A DNA stretch of 64,000 nt. Source: Mobula hypostoma. Taxonomy: Eukaryota. Numbering within the stretch: position 1 is the first letter of the stretch; the number at the start of each line of letters is the position of its first letter. Made by a program: the position numbers and the translations under genes. Shown piece by piece: positions 26,740 to 39,660 of the stretch. The stretch spans positions 63,490,001 through 63,554,000 of the forward strand of contig NC_086097.1 of assembly GCF_963921235.1 (NCBI RefSeq), written 5' to 3'. The notes beneath the pieces were generated by a model. It ran no database searches and was not told the DNA's origin. It saw only the letters and a program-made list of their open reading frames with translations.

Positions 26740-27200
26740 AGCTGTCAGGGCTTCAGATATAGAAGTTGGAATGTTATGCTACGGCATTCATAAACACTGG
26801 CTGGACCACACATGGAGTATTATGTGGAATTCTGGTCAGCATGTGACGGTACTGGAGACAGTGCAGAGGAGATTCACCAAGAGGTTGCTTGGATTGGAGG
26901 ATTTCAGCTATGGGGAGAGATTAGATAGGATAGGCTTGTTTACCCTGCAGCAAATGAGGCTGAGGTGTGGCCTGAGAGAGACATATAAAAGAATGAGAGG
27001 CACAGATGAGGTAGATAAGATCAGAATCATTTCCCCATAGTAAGACCATCAAAGTCCCCTTTTTAAAGTGGATTTGAGGCACAAGTTTTTAGTACTGAGG
27101 TTAGTTGACACCTGGAACTCACTGCCAGAGAAGGTAGTGGAGTCAGACACAATCAGCACTTTTAAGAGATATTTGGACAGGCATTTAAGTAGACAAGGCC
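26740..27200 (+). mobile_element. CR1 LINE ORF2 3' fragment
   Basis: LETVQRRFTKRLLGL...YGERLDRIGLF, WNSLPEKVVE, FKRYLDRHL. Confidence 0.8.
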
Positions 27201-27239
27201 AAGATGGATTTGGATTCACTGCTTTGCAGCTCCCAGACA

Positions 27240-28310
27240 GCCACAAAACATATGTCACACTGCAGTTTATCGATTACAACTCGGTGTTTAACACCACTCT
27301 CCCTCAGTACCAATCACTGAGCTTCAAAACCTGGGACTCTGTATCTCCCTCTGCAACAGGATCCTTTTTGGGAGATCGCTGTTGGTGCAGAACAGTAATG
27401 ACACGTCTTCCTTGCTGACAATCAACACAGGCCCAGCTCAAGGATGCATGCTTAGCCCACTGATCTACTCTCTCGACACTGTCTGTGTGGCCAAGTGCAG
27501 CTCAAATGGCATTTATAAATTGGCTGATTGTTCGTTGAATTCTCAGATGATGAAGAGGTAGTGTACTGGAGTGAGTTAGATCAGCTGATTGAGGGGTGAC
27601 GCGTCAACAAGCCCACACTCAACATCAGTAAAACCAAGGAACTGATGGTGGACTTCAGGAAGGGGCGATCAGGCACACACTCCAGTCCTCATGAGGGGTA
27701 AGTGCTGGAAAAGGGCGAGCAGATTCAGACTCCTGGGTGTCAACATCTCATAGAATCTATCCTGGGCCCAACATGTTGATGCAACCACAAATAAGGCACA
27801 CCAGTGACTCAGCTTTGGTAGGAGTTTGAGGAGATTTCGTACATCACCAAAGACTCTTACAGACTTCTATGGATGTCCAGTGGAGAGCATTCTGACTGGC
27901 TGCATCACGGCCTGGTATGAAGGCTCCAAAGCACAGGATCACAAGAGGCCGCAGTCAGCCAGATCCATCATGGGCACAACATTCCTCACCATTGAGGACA
28001 TCCTCAAGAGGCAGCATCCATCACAAAGAAACCTCACCGTTCAGGACAGGCACTTTTCTTGTTACTGCCATCAGGCAGGATGTACAGGAGCCTGAAGACC
28101 CACACTCAACAGTTTAGGGACAGCTTCTTTCCCTCTGCCATCACATTTCTGAATGGCCCATAATCCCATAACTCTACCACGTTATTCCATCTTCTGCACA
28201 ATTTATTTATTATTGTAATTTACGGTAATGTTATGCTTTTAATCTGTATTGCTGCCACATAACAACAAACTTCACGTCATCTAAGTCAGCGATAATAAAT
28301 CTAAATCTGA
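27240..28310 (+). mobile_element. Rex1/Babar-type LINE RT and 3' fragment
   Basis: FIDYNSVFNT, QGCMLSPL, FYGCPVESILTGCITAWY. Confidence 0.75.
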
Positions 28311-28332
28311 ATTGGATTCCTATTGCAGACAA

Positions 28333-29519
28333 CAGGAATTCTGCAGATGCTGGAAATTCAAGCAACACACATCAAAGTTGCTGGTGAACGCAGCAGGCCA
28401 GGCAACATCTCTAGGAAGAGGTACAGTCAACGTTTCAGGCTGAGAATCTTTGTCAGGACTAACTGAAGGAAGAGTTAGTAAGAGATTTGAAAGTGGGAGG
28501 GGGAGGGGGAGGTCCAAAATGATAGGAGAAGACAGGAGGGGAAGGGATGGAGCCAAGAGTCGGGTCTCACCGTCCTCCACCATCAACTCTGCTCCCAAAC
28601 ACATCTCCCCCATTTCACGCACATGTTCTCTCACTCCATCCTCCCACCACCCCACTAAGAATACGGTTCCCCTGGTCGTCACCTACCACCCCACCAGCCT
28701 CCGGGTCCAACATATTATTCTCCGTAACTTCCGCCACCTCCAACGAGATCCAACCACTAAGCACATCTTTCCCTCCCCCCGCTCAGCATTCCGCAGGGAT
28801 CGCTCCCTATGCGACTTCCTTGTCCATTCGTGCCCCCATCCCTCCCCACTGATCTCCCTCCTGGCACTTATCCTTCTAAGCGGAACAAGTGCTACACATG
28901 CCCTTACACTTCCTCCCTTACCACCATTCAGGGCGCCAAACAGTCCTTCCAGGTGAGGCAACACTTCACCTGTGAGTCGGCTGGGGTGATATACTGCGTC
29001 TGATGCTCCCGATGTGGCCTTCTATATATTGGCGAGACCCGATACAGACTAGGAGACCGCTTTGCTGAACACATACGCTCTGTCCACCAGAGAAAGCAGG
29101 ACCTCCCAGTGGCCACACATTTTAATTCCACATCCCATTCCCATTCCCATTCTGACATGTCTATCCACGGCCTCCTCTACCGTAAAGATGAAGCCACACT
29201 CAGGTTGGAGGAACGACACCTTATATTCCGTCTGGGTAGCCTCCAACCTGGTGGCATGAACATTGACTTCTCTAATTTCCGCTGATACCCCACCTCTCCC
29301 TCGCACCCCATCCGTTATTTGTTTTTATACACACATTCTTTCTCTCACTCTCCTTTTTCTCCCTCTGTCCCTCTGACTATACCCCTTGCCCATCCTCTGG
29401 GTTCCCCCCCTCCTCCCTTGTCTTTCTCCCCAGACCTCCTGTCCCATGATCCTCTCATATCCCCTTTGCCAATCACCTGTCCAGCTCTTGGCTCTATCCC
29501 TCCCCCTCCTGTCTTCTCC
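28333..29519 (+). mobile_element. Penelope-like element: inverted tail (about 28333-28560, minus) plus plus-strand thumb/GIY-YIG fragment
   Basis: VPLVVTYHPT, NKCYTC, GVIYCV. 15-bp TSD tcctattgcagacaa at 28318-28332 and 29520-29534. Confidence 0.88.
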
Positions 29520-30639
29520 TCCTATTGCAGACAAAAAGGATGAGTGCAGACGGCAATACACTGTGGGCCAAAGCTGTCTCGCCGCGCTGTACAACTGTGC
29601 CTATATTACTCAGTTATTGAACAACATAACCAGGAATTCATTTGAATTTGATATGAGTTAATGTTGTGCAGACATCCCATAAAGGATCTTGCACATTTGG
29701 GACAAAGGAAATGAGTGAGACTAGCAGCAGCCATTCCCCCAGGTACAGAAAAAGCTTTTAACAATGTAATGAATATTTTTCTTCCACACTCTAGAGAGAG
29801 ATGCAAATCTGGCTAGCAGCTTGCTCGGTGGATTAAAGTATGATACAATTTTCTAATACGCCTTGATGAATGAATTGCATACCCCTTTGTTATAGTAATC
29901 TGATCCCAAGTCAAAGCAGTCAGAAATCCATATAGCTTGCAGTCAAAATGCATCTGATGTGCCTTACATTGATAACTCATGATATACCTGCTCAAAAATC
30001 TCCAATGAGGATTTCCTGTGCAGACAAACTCAATTACCCCAATTGTGGAGGAGAAGCAAGCTGAAATTACTATTTATTCTCAATATCATTTTTATGAATT
30101 TTTATACTTCTATAAAAATATTTTTGACTAAAAGAGAAGATGAAATGTCTCCTAATATAGCTTGCACACTGAAAATATCCAAAGGTCAGAAATTTGCTCA
30201 AAAAAAATCAAAGTAGTAATGGATATGTCAGGTGGACTGACAAATCCAGCTGAAATCTACAGTATTAGGATAATACTAATTTTTCAATCTAAGCACAAAA
30301 AATGACAGCAACATACAGCAGGTCAGGCAACCTCTCTGGAGAAAAACAAACCTAATGTTTCAGGTCATTCATGTTTCTGGAGAAATTGTAAAGTGTTGTG
30401 CATTCATTGTAATTTAAAAGTTCCATAGGGGCTCAGGCAGAACATTTGCAAGGGGCTTCAGGCATGCAACAACCTCTGCAATTCTTAATCTAGTAGGAGA
30501 CTGCAATAGCAGGAACTAAATTTTAAGAGCTCACCGTAACAACTTGTACACAAAACAAGCTCAAATGCCTAGTGGAAAGCAGACAGCATTATGACTTTGA
30601 GCAGAGCAGCCTGTTATGTTAATTATTACAATGACCAAC

Positions 30640-32185
30640 CGTAAGACCATTAAGTCCTTAAGACACAGGAGCAGAATTGGGCCATTTGGCCCATTGAGTC
30701 TGCTCCACCATTCAATCATAGCTGATCCTTCCCCCTCCCCTCACCCTCAGCCCCACTCCACTGCAAACTCCCCATAACCTTTGATGCCATGTCCAATCAA
30801 GAATTGATCAAGCTCTGCCTTAAGTACACCCACTGACCTGGCCTCCACAGCTGCCTGTGGTAATAAATTCCACAAATTCACCACCCTCTGGCTAAAGAAA
30901 TTTCTCTGCATCTCTGTTTTAAATGGACACCCCTCAATCCTGAGGTGGTACCCTGTTGTCTGAGACTCCTCTACCATGGGAAGCATCCTTTCAACATCTA
31001 CTCTTGCCTGGGTCTTTCAATTGTCACGTGATCGGCAACAATGAATATATCAATCGAGTCAGGTTTTATAAAAACAATCAAACATTTATTCAACTATGCT
31101 CAATATATAAAAAAACAAACAAAAATCTTAACTGGAAGTAAACTGCTATGCGGCCATTTAACAAACCATCACTCAGTACCACTTCTTAAAGCGATAAATG
31201 CAAAAACAGTTCTTAAACTGGTAAATTCAAACACAGTTCTTAGAATGGTAAATTCAAAAGTCCAAGAGCTTTATACAGACAATTAGGAGAGACTTTCCTG
31301 AACTAAAGAATTCCTCGAAGACACGACGTCACTGCTCATCCCAGCCAGAACCCGCCTTGTCCGCAGAACTCACGACAACAAAAATAAAACGGTTTAAAGG
31401 CACTGACCTTTCCCTCTGGATACTAGATACTACACAGCTTTTTCTGCTGCTTTTAGCAGAGTCTATCTCATGCAGATCACTCTTTCTTGAACGAATTCAA
31501 TAATGGTCGATTCTATCCAAAACCACCGAACGACTCTTTCAGGTTCCCGTCTTCACTCTCCAATACTACTAAAAAGATACATCAACAAACCTGGCAGCGA
31601 ATGGTTAAACTGCTGGCACAACACTTTTGTACCTTACAATAGAATGTAAAACTCCGTTTTAAAACAAAACTGCGTCATAAGGCAAATATGCAGCAGAGCG
31701 GAGTATCTGGCTGACGTTCTAACTGGAAAACTAACTGTGTCACCCCAGGGGTCTCCTTTTATACCCGCGGTAAACATGTCATCACGTGACCTCACTTCGG
31801 TGGGAAAATTACATCAGGTGACCTCCAAAAGACCATTACATTACCCTCATAAGATAATCACAAGTTATCCATGAAGTATGTAACACAATATTCAAAAGGT
31901 TTCAATGAGATTCTTTCTCATCTGAAATTCCCTCATATGATAATCCTTTCATTCCTGGAATCATCCTTGTGAACCTCCTCTGAAACCCTCTCCAAGGCCA
32001 GCACATCTTTTCTTAGATGAGGAGCCCAAAACTGTTCACATTACTCAAGGTGAGGCCTCACCAGTGCCTTATAATGCCTCAGCATCACATCCCTGCTCTT
32101 GTATTCTGGAATTCTTGAAATGAACGCTAACATGGCATTTGCCTTCCTCACCACCGACTCTACCTGCAAGTTAACCTTTAGGGAT
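30640..32185 (-). mobile_element. CR1 LINE 3' portion, split by a solo LTR
   Basis: RNFFSQRVVNLWNLLPQ and VRPHLE-type motifs. Sequence is collinear with the CR1 at 61500-62200 on both sides of the LTR. Confidence 0.85.
31022..31885 (-). mobile_element. Solo LTR, 864 bp, probably Gypsy-type
   Basis: TG...CA termini (tgtcac...gtaaca), 4-bp TSD caat at 31018-31021 and 31886-31889, minus-strand TATA box (plus ttttata, about 31757-31763) and AATAAA (plus tttatt, 31085-31090). Confidence 0.8.
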
Positions 32186-33079
32186 AACCAGTACTAATCG
32201 TTATGTTTTTTTTAATTTAAAAGTCTCAACAGAAGCTGATGTTGTGAGCAATGATTTGTAGTTAAAGCTAGCCCATACATTTTGTGGTTGATGCTGGGAG
32301 TAAAGCAGGCAGTGCAGGATCAGTTCCGAGCCGTGGGAGCAGATGCCTTCAAGTCAGTGGTACAACCACAAGGGCACAAACTCAATATTAGCAGCAGTTC
32401 AATAAATTTACACAGGTTCTCAGGATCAGTGAATGTCGTATCTCACCAGCTGTATGTTGCATTATACAGTGCTGTGCAGAAGTTCTACACACATTATATA
32501 GCTAGGGTGCACAGTACTGTATTTGTCAACGTGGAGTGGAGAGCGAGTTTATAAATCTGGCGGGAGCAAAGGATGCTGAGAGTGATGAGGCTAGAGCGCC
32601 ACAGGAGGGGTGTGGGGCAGGTGACAGAGAAGGAGTGCCAAGGGCTGGGGGAGACGCAGGTGCAGGCACACCTAGCCCTGAGATACCATACAAACTCCTC
32701 TCCCTCCTGCCATCTGGCAAAAGGCACCGAAGCGTTCAGGCTCTCACGACCAGACTATGTAACAGTTTCTTCCCCCAAGCCATCAGTCTCCTCAATACCC
32801 AGAGTCTGGACTGACACCAACCTACTGCCCTCTACTGTGCCTGTTGTCTTGTTTATTATTTATTGTAATGCCTGCACTGTTTTGTGCACTTTATGCAGTC
32901 CTGGGTAGGTCTGTAGTCTAGTGTCGTTTTTGTGTTGCTTTACATAGTTCAGTGTAGTTTTTGTATTGTTTCATGTAGCACCATGGTCCTGAAAAACGTT
33001 GTTTCGTTTTTACTGTTTACTGTACCAGTAGTTATGGTTGAAATGACAATAAAAAGTGACTTGATTTATATTAATTTGG

Positions 33080-33430
33080 CTGCTGCTGTTGCCTTCCTCT
33101 GAGAGGCTGCTTCCCACAAGAGTATCCAAAACAGGATGCCCATGGGAGAGGACGATATCCAAGGGAGAATATTGCACTACCTGCCTTTCTCTTCTGGTGG
33201 CCACCTGTCTATCTGACTGAACCTGAGATGTGACCACCTCCCTGAACACTCTTTCTATAACATGTTGTGCCTCTTGTAAGCTCCTCAATGAGTCTAGCTC
33301 ATGGCCCAGTGACCCATACTGCCTGAGGGGCCCTGCAGCTGGATACAACTTCCTGCAAGTGTAGATATCAGGGCCGTTGGATCTCCCACATTTCACGGGG
33401 AGGGGCATACCACCCCACTGACTGTCAGTT
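33080..33430 (-). mobile_element. CR1 ORF1 remnant
   Basis: ELDSLRSLQEAQHVIERVFREVVTSQVQ...RRERQVVQYSP resembles CR1 ORF1. Confidence 0.55.
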
Positions 33431-33689
33431 CTGACTCTGGTCAGTACTGGATTCAAAGGGAGAAAAAGGAAAGACCATACTTTGACTTACCATATCTTGT
33501 CATCGTTCAGCCTCCTTGATAAAGCCTCACTTATCAAAGAGACTGGAATCAACACGATGATATGAACATTGAGTTCTCCAATATCAGGTAACGTTTAGCT
33601 CTATGTGTTCTCTTTTTTTCTATTTCTCCGTCTCCCTTTCCCTCCCACTCTTCCCAGCCCTCCAGTAGGAGGTCTTGGCGAGGCTGCCA

Positions 33690-34100
33690 AAGTAGTTCAC
33701 CAAGACCCTGGGTTAGAGAGTATTAGCAATGAGAGGCAGGACTAATTGTGATTGTTTTCTCTGGAGCATTGGTTGCCGAGTGGAGACCTGTTAGAAGGCT
33801 GTAAAATTATGAGAAGTTTACATAGAGCCCTTTCGCCAGAGTAGAAATGCAAGTATTAGAGGCATAGCTTTAAAGTGAGAGAAGGAAGTTTAAAGGACGT
33901 ACACTGGACAAGTTTTCAACAGGGAGAGTGGTAGGTGTCTGGAATGCAATTCCAGGAGTCGGGGGAGAGGATGTACAAAGCAGATACTATTGTGGCATTA
34001 AAGAGATGCAGGGAGTGGAGAGAGATCATGAGTAGGCAGATGGGATTAGTTGAATTTGGCACAGACATCTTAAAATGAAGAGCCTGTTCTTCTGCTGTAC
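33690..34100 (+). mobile_element. Decayed CR1 3' fragment
   Basis: tctctggag...gagacctgttagaag...gagagtggtaggtgtctggaatg, CR1 C-terminal pattern. Confidence 0.6.
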
Positions 34101-34246
34101 ACAATTAAACGTATGGTTCATTGATAGCCAGCCAGAAAGATTGACTTCAATACCAAGAAGAATGGAGGATCTTGCCACCAACTTGGCTCAAGACTGTGAA
34201 CGGAGCTTGCTACCAACGTTTTTCGGCAGAGGAAGAAAGGACTCAC

Positions 34247-34369
34247 ATTTATGTAGCATCTGCCACAAGCTGAAAAGTTCCAGGCCTCTGCAGTCATGTG
34301 GGAAATATTGTCCAGGATCCTGAAGATCATTTCCTTGATCTTCATTGAAGTGGGATCCTTTGCATCCGG
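34247..34369 (-). CDS. Candidate 123-bp internal exon of an unidentified host gene
   Basis: Acceptor ttcgtttccccactcAG, donor GTgagt, length a multiple of 3, open frame PDAKDPTSMKIKEMIFRILDNISHMTAEAWNFSACGRCYIN, non-repetitive context. Confidence 0.35.
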
Positions 34370-35577
34370 CTGAGTGGGGAAACGAAGTGTGGTGCTTTAG
34401 CACTGTTGTGAAGGATAGCAAATTGTGCAGAATTCCCACAGTACGGTGCCCCCACCCCTCACCCACAGTGCTTTCTTGGAGTTTTGTGTTTGAACCTTAA
34501 ACATGCTGACTCAGAGCCAGGACTGTCATAACTGACTAATTATTCATTTTGCAAATCTACTCAGAGTTGCTCTGCAAAGAGATTTCTAATTTTGAACTGA
34601 ACAGAATAGTATTCCCATATTGATTTTACACTGAGTTGGAATTATGGTTACAATAAGAACTGCTGGAACTCTGATATATCAAGTCTTTTAGACGAGAACA
34701 TGATTAGATCCAGATTCTAAACGTATTAATGTTTCGCAATCACTCTGTACTACCAGCAATTTTTCACAGCTGAACTAAAGCACAAATTTATGTACACTAT
34801 CAGGACTTCAGGCGCAATATTGAAATAAAAACTGATTTGTTTCCCAATAACAAATATGCTAACTACTACATGAGGCTTACAATGTCTCACAATGAAGAAA
34901 CAATTCAAATGATGTTTTGAGCTTTGAAGCAACTAAATTCTGTGACTAAATTCAATAAAGATATTGTGTTCCAGCTTTTATTTTCTTCACAGCTGCAATA
35001 CTATTTTATTATGAAAATGTTCAATTTACTGGTGGTAGAACTTGCAAAAGAGCTAGTGACTATTTCTATGACATTGTTTTGTTCTTTAAGCAGTTTATGA
35101 TATTTTACTTCTAATAAAGTAATAGGAAGAAGACAGTTAAACATCCCCTTCACAGGGTTAGCTGCAAAATATATAGTTGATACAGTAATAAAGGCCATTT
35201 TGGAGTTCTGGAATGTGGCCTGACTGGACTACACTGACTGCACTACGTTGAACTGCATAATGGAATCATCCACTTATCTGGTCTAGTTTACACACAGCAA
35301 GAGAGATTTTGTATTTTTTTAAAACTGTCAAAGATAAATGTCATTGTAAGTCAGATTTTTCCTTGGGATGATAAATGAACAGTGCCAGCTGTGCATCAGT
35401 TTTACACTTGTTCACACCTCTTCCATTGTGTTTTGCACGAAAAATACTCAACTCCTCAAACATCACAAGTCTTCGACTTGTTACCCATGGTCGGGAAGTG
35501 TAAGCTAAAATAATGAATTACAGCATACATCAGGCACAGAGAATGAAATAAGCTCAGATAAAGAAGATGTCTTTTTT

Positions 35578-35712
35578 CCCATCCTGATGAAGGGTCTCAG
35601 CCCAAAACGTCGACTCCTTTCCATAGATAATGCCTGGCCTGCTGAATTCCTCCAGCATTTTTTGTGTGTTGCTTGGGTTTCCAGTATCTGTAGATTTTCT
35701 CTTGTTTGTGAT
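35578..35712 (+). mobile_element. Short Penelope-derived tail copy with decayed hammerhead
   Basis: atcCTGATGAagggtctcagcccAAAAcgtcgact (GAAA>AAAA) followed by the family tail. Confidence 0.7.
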
Positions 35713-36152
35713 TCAACTAATAATCACATTTCAATTTGAGGAATGTCAGATCCTGGAGGACTCTGGCGCCCCCTCGTGATCAGACTGAAGCATGACACCT
35801 CTTTCACAATCCTGCCAAGTCCAATACCAATGGCAGACTTGGAAATATGGCATTTTCTCTCCTCAGCCAAATCACTGATACAGATTTGTGAGTATACAAG
35901 GTCCAAGCACCACTGTCTGCAAACACCAGTAGTGATAACTTGCAGATCTGAAAAGAACATTCCCACTCTCTGTTTTCTGTCTAATAACTAATCCTATATC
36001 AATGTTCATTGCATACTACTTTGCTGATGATCTCCTTTGTAGGACATGATCAAAAGTCCAAATGCACAACTACTGGTTCCCTTTACCTTTTCCAGTATAG
36101 ATACATCCTCAGAGATTAAGGAACTAATTAACTACAAACATAAGATGCTACT

Positions 36153-36715
36153 GTCTTTCCTCTCCCTCTCTCCCTCTTTCCAGCTCCCCTCTCACTTCCC
36201 CCTTCCCTCTCCCCTTCCCCTCTCCTCTCCCCTCTCCCCCTCTCCTCTCCCCTTCCTCTCTCCTCTCCCCCTCCTCTCCCCCTCCCCTCTCCTCTCCCCT
36301 CTCCCCTTCCCCTCTCCTCTCCCCCCTCCCCCTCTCCCCCTCCCCTCTTCCCTTCTCCTCTCCTCTCCCCTCCCCCTCCCCTCCCACCTCCCCTCTCCCC
36401 CTCTGAAGGGGAAGGGGAGACAGGACAGAGGAAAGTGGAGGAGGGGAAAGGGGAGAGGAGAGAGGGAGACAAGGGCCAGGGAGGGGAAGGGGAGGGAAGA
36501 AGTGGAAGGAGGAGGTGGGAGGTGGGAGGTGGAAGGGGTGGGGAGATGGAGGTGGGAAGGGGAATGGAAGGTAGGGGAGAGGGGAAAGGGGAGAGGAGAA
36601 GGGGAGAGGGGAGGGGAGAGAGGAGAAGGGAAAGGGGTGGGAGGGAGAGGGAGTGTGGGCAGTGGGAGAGGGAGGTGAAGAGGGAAGCAGGTAGGGGAGG
36701 GGGGTGGGGAAAGGT
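36153..36715. repeat. Polypyrimidine tract followed directly by a polypurine tract (low complexity)
   Basis: About 250 bp of almost pure C/T, switching at about 36404 to about 310 bp of G/A-rich sequence. Confidence 0.9.
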
Positions 36716-36819
36716 AGATCATCTCTACAAGCATCGAAAGACAAACATCAAGCAGGAAATTCATGACATATAAAACAGGTGATGGATGGTAAAATGCAGG
36801 ACTCACAGCAACTCACTGA

Positions 36820-38290
36820 CAGAATCAGAATCAGGTTTATCATCACCGGTATGTATCGTGAAATTTGTTAACAGCAACAGCAGTTCAATGCATTACATAT
36901 TATAGAAGAAGAAAAAACAATAATAATAATAATAATGTAAATCAATTACAGTATACATATATTGAATAGATTAAAAAATCATGCAAAAAACAGAAATATT
37001 ATATATTTAAAAAGTGTCCGAGGGTTCAATGTCCATTTAGGAATCGGATGGCAGAGGGGAAGAAGCTGTTCCTGAATCGCTGTGTGTGTGCCTTCAGGCT
37101 TCTGTATCTCCTACCTGATGGTAACAGTGAGAAAAAGGCATGCCCTTATGTGCTGGAGGTCCTTAATAATGGATGCTGCCTTTCTGAGACACCGCTCCTT
37201 GAAGATGTCCTGGGCACTTTGTAGGCCAGCACCCAAGATGGAGCCAACTAAATTTATAACCCTCTGCAGCTTTTTTCAGTCCTGTGCAGTAGCCCCTCCC
37301 CCATACCAGACAGTGATGCAGCCTGTCAGAATGCTCTCCATGGTACATCTATAGAAGTTTTTGAGTGTATTTGTTGACATACCAAATCTCTTCAAACTCC
37401 TAATGAAGTATAGTCACTGTCTTGCTTTCTTTATAACTGCATTGATATGTTAGGAACAGGTTAGGTCCCCAGAGGTCTTGACACCCAGAAACTTGAAACT
37501 GCTCACTCTCTCCACTTCTGATCCCTCTATGAGGATTGGTATGTGTTCCTTTGCCTTACCCTTCCTGAAATCCACAATCAGCTCTTTCGTCTTACTGATG
37601 TTGAGTGCCAAGTTGTTACTGCAACACCACTCCACTAGTTGGCATTTCTCTGTCCTGTACACTCTGTTGTCTCCATCTGAAATTTGACCAACAATGGTTG
37701 TATCATCAGCAAATTTATAGATGATATTTGAGCTATGTCTAGCCACACAGTCATGGGTATAGAGAGAGTAGAGCAGTGGGCTAAGCACACATCCCTGAGG
37801 TGCACCAGTGTTGATCGTCAGTGAGGAGGAGATGTTATCACCAATCCACACAGATTGTGGCCTTCCCGTTAGGAAGTTGAGGATCCAGTTGCAGAGGGAG
37901 GTACAGAGGTCCAGGTTCTGTAACTTCTCAATCGGGATTGTGGGAATGATGGTGTAAAATGCTGAGCTATCGTTGATGAACAGCATCCTGACCTAGGTGC
38001 TTGTGTTGTCCGGGTAGTTTAAAATCGTGTGGAGAGCCATTAAGATTGCAACTGCCATTGACCCATTGTAGCGATAAGCAAATTGCAACGGGTCCAGGTC
38101 CTTGCTGAGGCAGAAGTTCAGTCCAGTCATGACCAACCTCTCAAAGCATTTCATCACTGTCACTGTGAGTGCTACCAGGTGATAGTCATTAAGGCATTAT
38201 TATTCTTCTTAGGCACATTATTCTTCTTAGGCACTGGTATAATTGTTGCCTTTTTGAAGCAAGTGGGAACTTCCACCTGTAGCACAGCCA
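36820..38290 (-). mobile_element. Rex1/Babar-type LINE, RT and 3' end
   Basis: ORF 37450-37986 with [33 protein letters not shown]; (ttctga)n tail at about 36820. Confidence 0.88.
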
Positions 38291-38759
38291 TGATATAAAC
38301 AGGCTCTTTAGAACTATCTTGGCCATCTGCAACCAAAACACTCCAAAGCTGATTCCCACTCAGGGCTAATACCAAGGGTGAAGCTTTCAAGGACAAAGAT
38401 GTGATCGATGCTTGGTGGAAAAAACACCAAAGCTCTCCTCAGCCATGTCTCTGCCATTGTTATAGGCAGTTATTCTACAGTAGCCTGTTCATTCCCATCT
38501 CATCACTACTCCTGCTCAACGTGAACTTTAAAAGACAGCCTCAGAAGAAGATACTACCCCCAGTGAAGCTTAAACCCTTGACAGTGAAGAATGCTAGTCT
38601 TGAATACATAATCTCATTGTCTACACCTGGTAATGGAAGGATATATCAGGGTCTTCAGAGATGTCATTTTCATGAACATCCACAAGTGAATTTAGTTTGG
38701 CTGGTAGGCTAGTACAGCTGGTGTCCTTGAGGTCATGTCCAGTGTAATGCAATCCCTCA

Positions 38760-39030
38760 ATAATGTTTGGCGGGGGGCGGAATCAGTCCACCAGGGAAGC
38801 CGCAGCTACTGGATTTGGGGCATTGAGTCTGGCTCTGTGGCCTAGAAAGGAAGTGGGGAGGAGAGGAGTGCAGTGCTCATAGGAGGTTCCATAATGAGAG
38901 GAGCACAAAGCAGATTCTGTGGATGTGAAAGAGATATCTGGATGGCATGTTGCTTCCCAGGTGCCAGGGTAAGGGGGAGGGTGAACAGACAGAAGTCATG
39001 GTACATATTGGCACCATCAGCAAAGGTAGG
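38760..39030 (+). mobile_element. CR1 ORF1 SGNH-esterase remnant
   Basis: VLIGGSIMRG...CCFPGARV, the GDS-type esterase block of CR1 ORF1. Confidence 0.6.
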
Positions 39031-39119
39031 AAAAGCAAAGATGTGGGCTTTAACAATGGTCTTTGCACCCTCCCGGGCCACAGGAGAGGTAGCAGAGGGT
39101 AGGAGAATGGCAAATGTTG

Positions 39120-39660
39120 TTCCATAACTTGAAATTCCTTGGCATTATTATTTCAGACGGTCTATCCTGGCACCAGCACTTAAATGTCATTACAAAGAAG
39201 GCACAGCAGCACTTCTACATTCTTAGGGGCTTTCAAAGATTTGGTACACCATCTAAAGCTTTCAGACAATTCTATAGATGCACAGTGGATAATATCCTGA
39301 CACGTTGCATCATGGCCTGGTATGAAACCACCAGTGCCCAAGAGGTGGAAACAGCCCAGTTCATCACAGCAAAAGCCCTTTACAACACTGAGCACATCTA
39401 CAAGGAGTACTCCCACAAGAAAACAGCATCCATCATCAACGACCCCTTCATCTCTTCTCACTGCTGCGATTGGGAAGGAGATACAGGAGCCTTGGGTCCT
39501 ATGTCATCAGGTTCAGGAACAGTTATTACTCACAACCATCGGGCTCTGAACCAGTGTGGATACAATCTACACTGGACACATTCCACAACCCGTGGATATT
39601 ATAGATCATATTCTCAGTATTATTTATTAACTTATTTATCTATTATTATACTTTTTTTTA
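39120..39660 (+). mobile_element. Rex1/Babar-type 3' fragment; its tail resumes at about 42740-42890
   Basis: LKFLGIII, FYRCTVDNILTRCIMAWY. The continuation matches the tail at 24400-24555. Confidence 0.75.

Noticed and set aside
36046..36806. Several 110-210 aa ORFs rich in P/S/L or G/E/R
   Set aside because: Artefacts of low-complexity purine and pyrimidine tracts that lack stop codons.
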